Assembly (NCBI GenBank): GCA_964501035.1
Contig: CAZCRK010000001.1
Coordinates: forward strand, 1 to 64,000
DNA length: 64,000 nt
Reading direction: 5' to 3'
Position numbers and translations under genes: made by a program. Below are positions 58,308 to 64,000 of the stretch, one piece after another. The notes under the pieces were generated by a model. It was not told where the DNA came from. It made no database searches and was given only the letters and a program-made list of their open reading frames with translations. Each line of letters opens with the position of its first letter. The stretch's first letter is position 1.

Positions 58308-59136
58308 TCAGACAGTATATATCAACGGAAGTTGGGTAAATGAATCAAAGGCATTGATACCATTAAATGATGCAGGGTTTTTGTTTGGGGACGGACTTTT
58401 TGAAACGGTACGTTTTCAAAAAGGAAAATTGTTTCGTCCAGAGAAACATTTCCTCCGTTTAAAAGATGGATTAAATTCTATTCATCTAAAACCATCCTTT
58501 GATGACAACCAATTTCATTCTCTACTTAATTCTATCATTGAGAAAAATACAATTGAATCAGGATTAATTCGATTTATGGTAACGCGTGGTGAAATAACAT
58601 CAACTCCATGGAATCATACAGGTGAATGCTGTGTGTACATTATTATTCGACCGCTTTCACCCTTACCAAACTACCCAGTTAAAGTTACATTTTTACAAGA
58701 ATCAGACTACCCCATTATTCGTTTTAATCCAGCTATTAAATCACTTAACTATGTGGGGAATATGCTTGCTAAAAAAACTGCAGAAGAACAGGGTGCTTAT
58801 GAACCTGTTTTTATAAACACAAACGGCATCGTTACGGAATGTGCAATACGAAACATATTTTTCATCAAAGAAAACACGTTGTTAACACCCCATACTGACC
58901 TGGGTGTTTTGCCAGGTGTTATGCGGGATACCATTTTGGAAATAGCTCATAAACGACAATTGGATATTTTAGAAACACATATCCCTGTTAACAATATTCA
59001 CAAGATGGATGAAGCATTTGTGTCATCAACAGGAATTGGCTTACTACCTTGCGTTTGGGATGATTGGACATCTGAACATAAAATTACATTTCAGTTGATG
59101 TCTCAATTGCAAGGATTAATTGACAATATTTCATGA
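58300..59136 (+). CDS. Class IV aminotransferase, probable aminodeoxychorismate lyase
   Basis: GFLFGDGLFET, HFLRL, IKSLNY, LPGVMR; coupled to pabB. Confidence 0.85.
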   Translation: MPNQTVYINGSWVNESKALIPLNDAGFLFGDGLFETVRFQKGKLFRPEKHFLRLKDGLNSIHLKPSFDDNQFHSLLNSIIEKNTIESGLIRFMVTRGEITSTPWNHTGECCVYIIIRPLSPLPNYPVKVTFLQESDYPIIRFNPAIKSLNYVGNMLAKKTAEEQGAYEPVFINTNGIVTECAIRNIFFIKENTLLTPHTDLGVLPGVMRDTILEIAHKRQLDILETHIPVNNIHKMDEAFVSSTGIGLLPCVWDDWTSEHKITFQLMSQLQGLIDNIS

Positions 59137-59170
59137 TGAAAATTAGGTAAAAAATACCTAATTTCGACCT

Positions 59171-63127
<3,957 letters not shown>

Positions 63128-63183
63128 AATCCGTGATGTTTCTCACAAAATTAATACAAATTCATAAATTTTTAATATTTTCC

Positions 63184-63212
63184 TTGTACAATTCACTAAG
63201 TCTTAATAAGTT
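63184..63212 (+). promoter_or_regulatory. Sigma70-type promoter TTGTAC-N17-TAAGTT
   Basis: 17-bp spacer; the predicted transcription start falls at or near the GTG of the leader ORF. Confidence 0.55.
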
Positions 63213-63220
63213 TTTACCCC

Positions 63221-63328
63221 GTGATTAATGAATATTCAAATCTAAAGGCAAATGATTTAACTGTGACAACTGACCATAGCTGTTGTTGTTGCTGTTCTAT
63301 GTTCGGAGGAGGAGACTTGCCCAGATAA
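63221..63328 (+). CDS. Cysteine-rich attenuator leader peptide (35 aa, five consecutive Cys)
   Basis: MINEYSNLKANDLTVTTDHSCCCCCSMFGGGDLPR*; TGT TGT TGT TGC TGT at 63281-63295. Confidence 0.75.
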   Translation: MINEYSNLKANDLTVTTDHSCCCCCSMFGGGDLPR

Positions 63329-63350
63329 AGGATTTGAATATTGATTATAT

Positions 63351-63388
63351 AACCCCTTTTGTCGGTAAGGCAAGAGGGGTTTTTTTTT
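63351..63388 (+). terminator. Attenuator terminator upstream of cysteine synthase
   Basis: AACCCCTTTTGTC-ggtaa-GGCAAGAGGGGTT followed by a T-run, 11 nt before the ATG. Confidence 0.85.
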
Positions 63389-63399
63389 AGAAAGAAAAA

Positions 63400-64000
63400 A
63401 TGAAAAGAAGTAATAATATATTAGATTTAATTGGAAACACACCACTTTTAGATATAAGTAATCTCTTTGACAGTGAGCAAACCAATATTTTTGCAAAAGC
63501 TGAGTGGGCAAATCCCGGAGGTTCTCTAAAAGACAGACCCGTTAAGCGCATGTTGTTAGAGGCAATTAAGGATGGAAATCTAACTAAAGATAAAACACTG
63601 ATTGACTCAAGTAGTGGAAATGCAGGCATTGCCTATTCAATGATCGGAAATGCACTAAGGTATAATGTAGAAATTGTTATCCCTGGAAATGCGAGTTTAG
63701 AACGAAAAAATCGAATGAAAGCACATGGAACAACCATTATTGAAACTGATCCAATTGAAGGCTATGATGAAGCGTTGCGTCATGTACATCAACTTGTGGA
63801 TGAGCACCCAGATAAATACTTTTTCTGTGATCAATATGCAAACGATAATAATTGGTTGGCACATTACCACACAACTGCTGAAGAAATAATTACTCAAGTT
63901 GGCGGTGAGATAAATTATTTTGTTGGGGGAGTAGGAACTGGAGGATCAATTACTGGAATTGGACGCAAACTGAAAGAAAAGTTTCCCAATATTAAAATTA
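63400..64000 (+). CDS. Cysteine synthase family protein (CysM/CysK-like), truncated by window end
   Basis: Manual translation: LDLIGNTPL, AKAEWANPGGSLKDR, DSSSGNAG, DQYAN, GVGTGGSITG. Confidence 0.92.
   Translation, partial: MKRSNNILDLIGNTPLLDISNLFDSEQTNIFAKAEWANPGGSLKDRPVKRMLLEAIKDGNLTKDKTLIDSSSGNAGIAYSMIGNALRYNVEIVIPGNASLERKNRMKAHGTTIIETDPIEGYDEALRHVHQLVDEHPDKYFFCDQYANDNNWLAHYHTTAEEIITQVGGEINYFVGGVGTGGSITGIGRKLKEKFPNIKI

Noticed and set aside
63257..63897. Minus-strand ORFs 63257-63511, 63387-63629 and 63697-63897
   Set aside because: They are shadows of the plus-strand leader peptide and cysteine synthase.

Overview
AT-rich bacterial chromosomal segment with two 100-N scaffold gaps (7266-7365, 55092-55191). 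The gene content (dockerin-tailed secreted proteins, archaeal/eukaryote-type ProRS, homodimeric GlyRS, class II DAHP synthase, PPDK) suggests an FCB-superphylum organism such as Marinimicrobia; this is inference only. Most of the window is housekeeping: dnaA, nadACB, panDBC, ppdK, a peptide ABC transporter, topA, proS, recO, ychF, glyQS, coaBC, pabB/pabC-like, ligA and cysteine synthase. Highlights: (1) a tightly coupled 7-gene operon (13880-20580) encoding a MotA/MotB stator, FliG, a reduced FliF-like ring protein and three envelope proteins, with no export, rod, hook, filament or FliM/FliN genes in the window, i.e. a candidate flagellum-independent rotary motor; (2) two divergent selenoprotein genes mis-called by the ORF track (Bcp with TPGU, glutaredoxin with UPSC); (3) an apparently leaderless penta-cysteine leader peptide plus terminator upstream of cysteine synthase; (4) a UvrY/GacA-like two-component locus with duplicated operator boxes and candidate CUCCU-loop sRNAs; (5) an octaheme HAO-family cytochrome next to an outer-membrane porin; (6) heptamer and REP-like repeats around a four-helix-bundle gene. 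No rRNA, tRNA, CRISPR array or transposase was seen.
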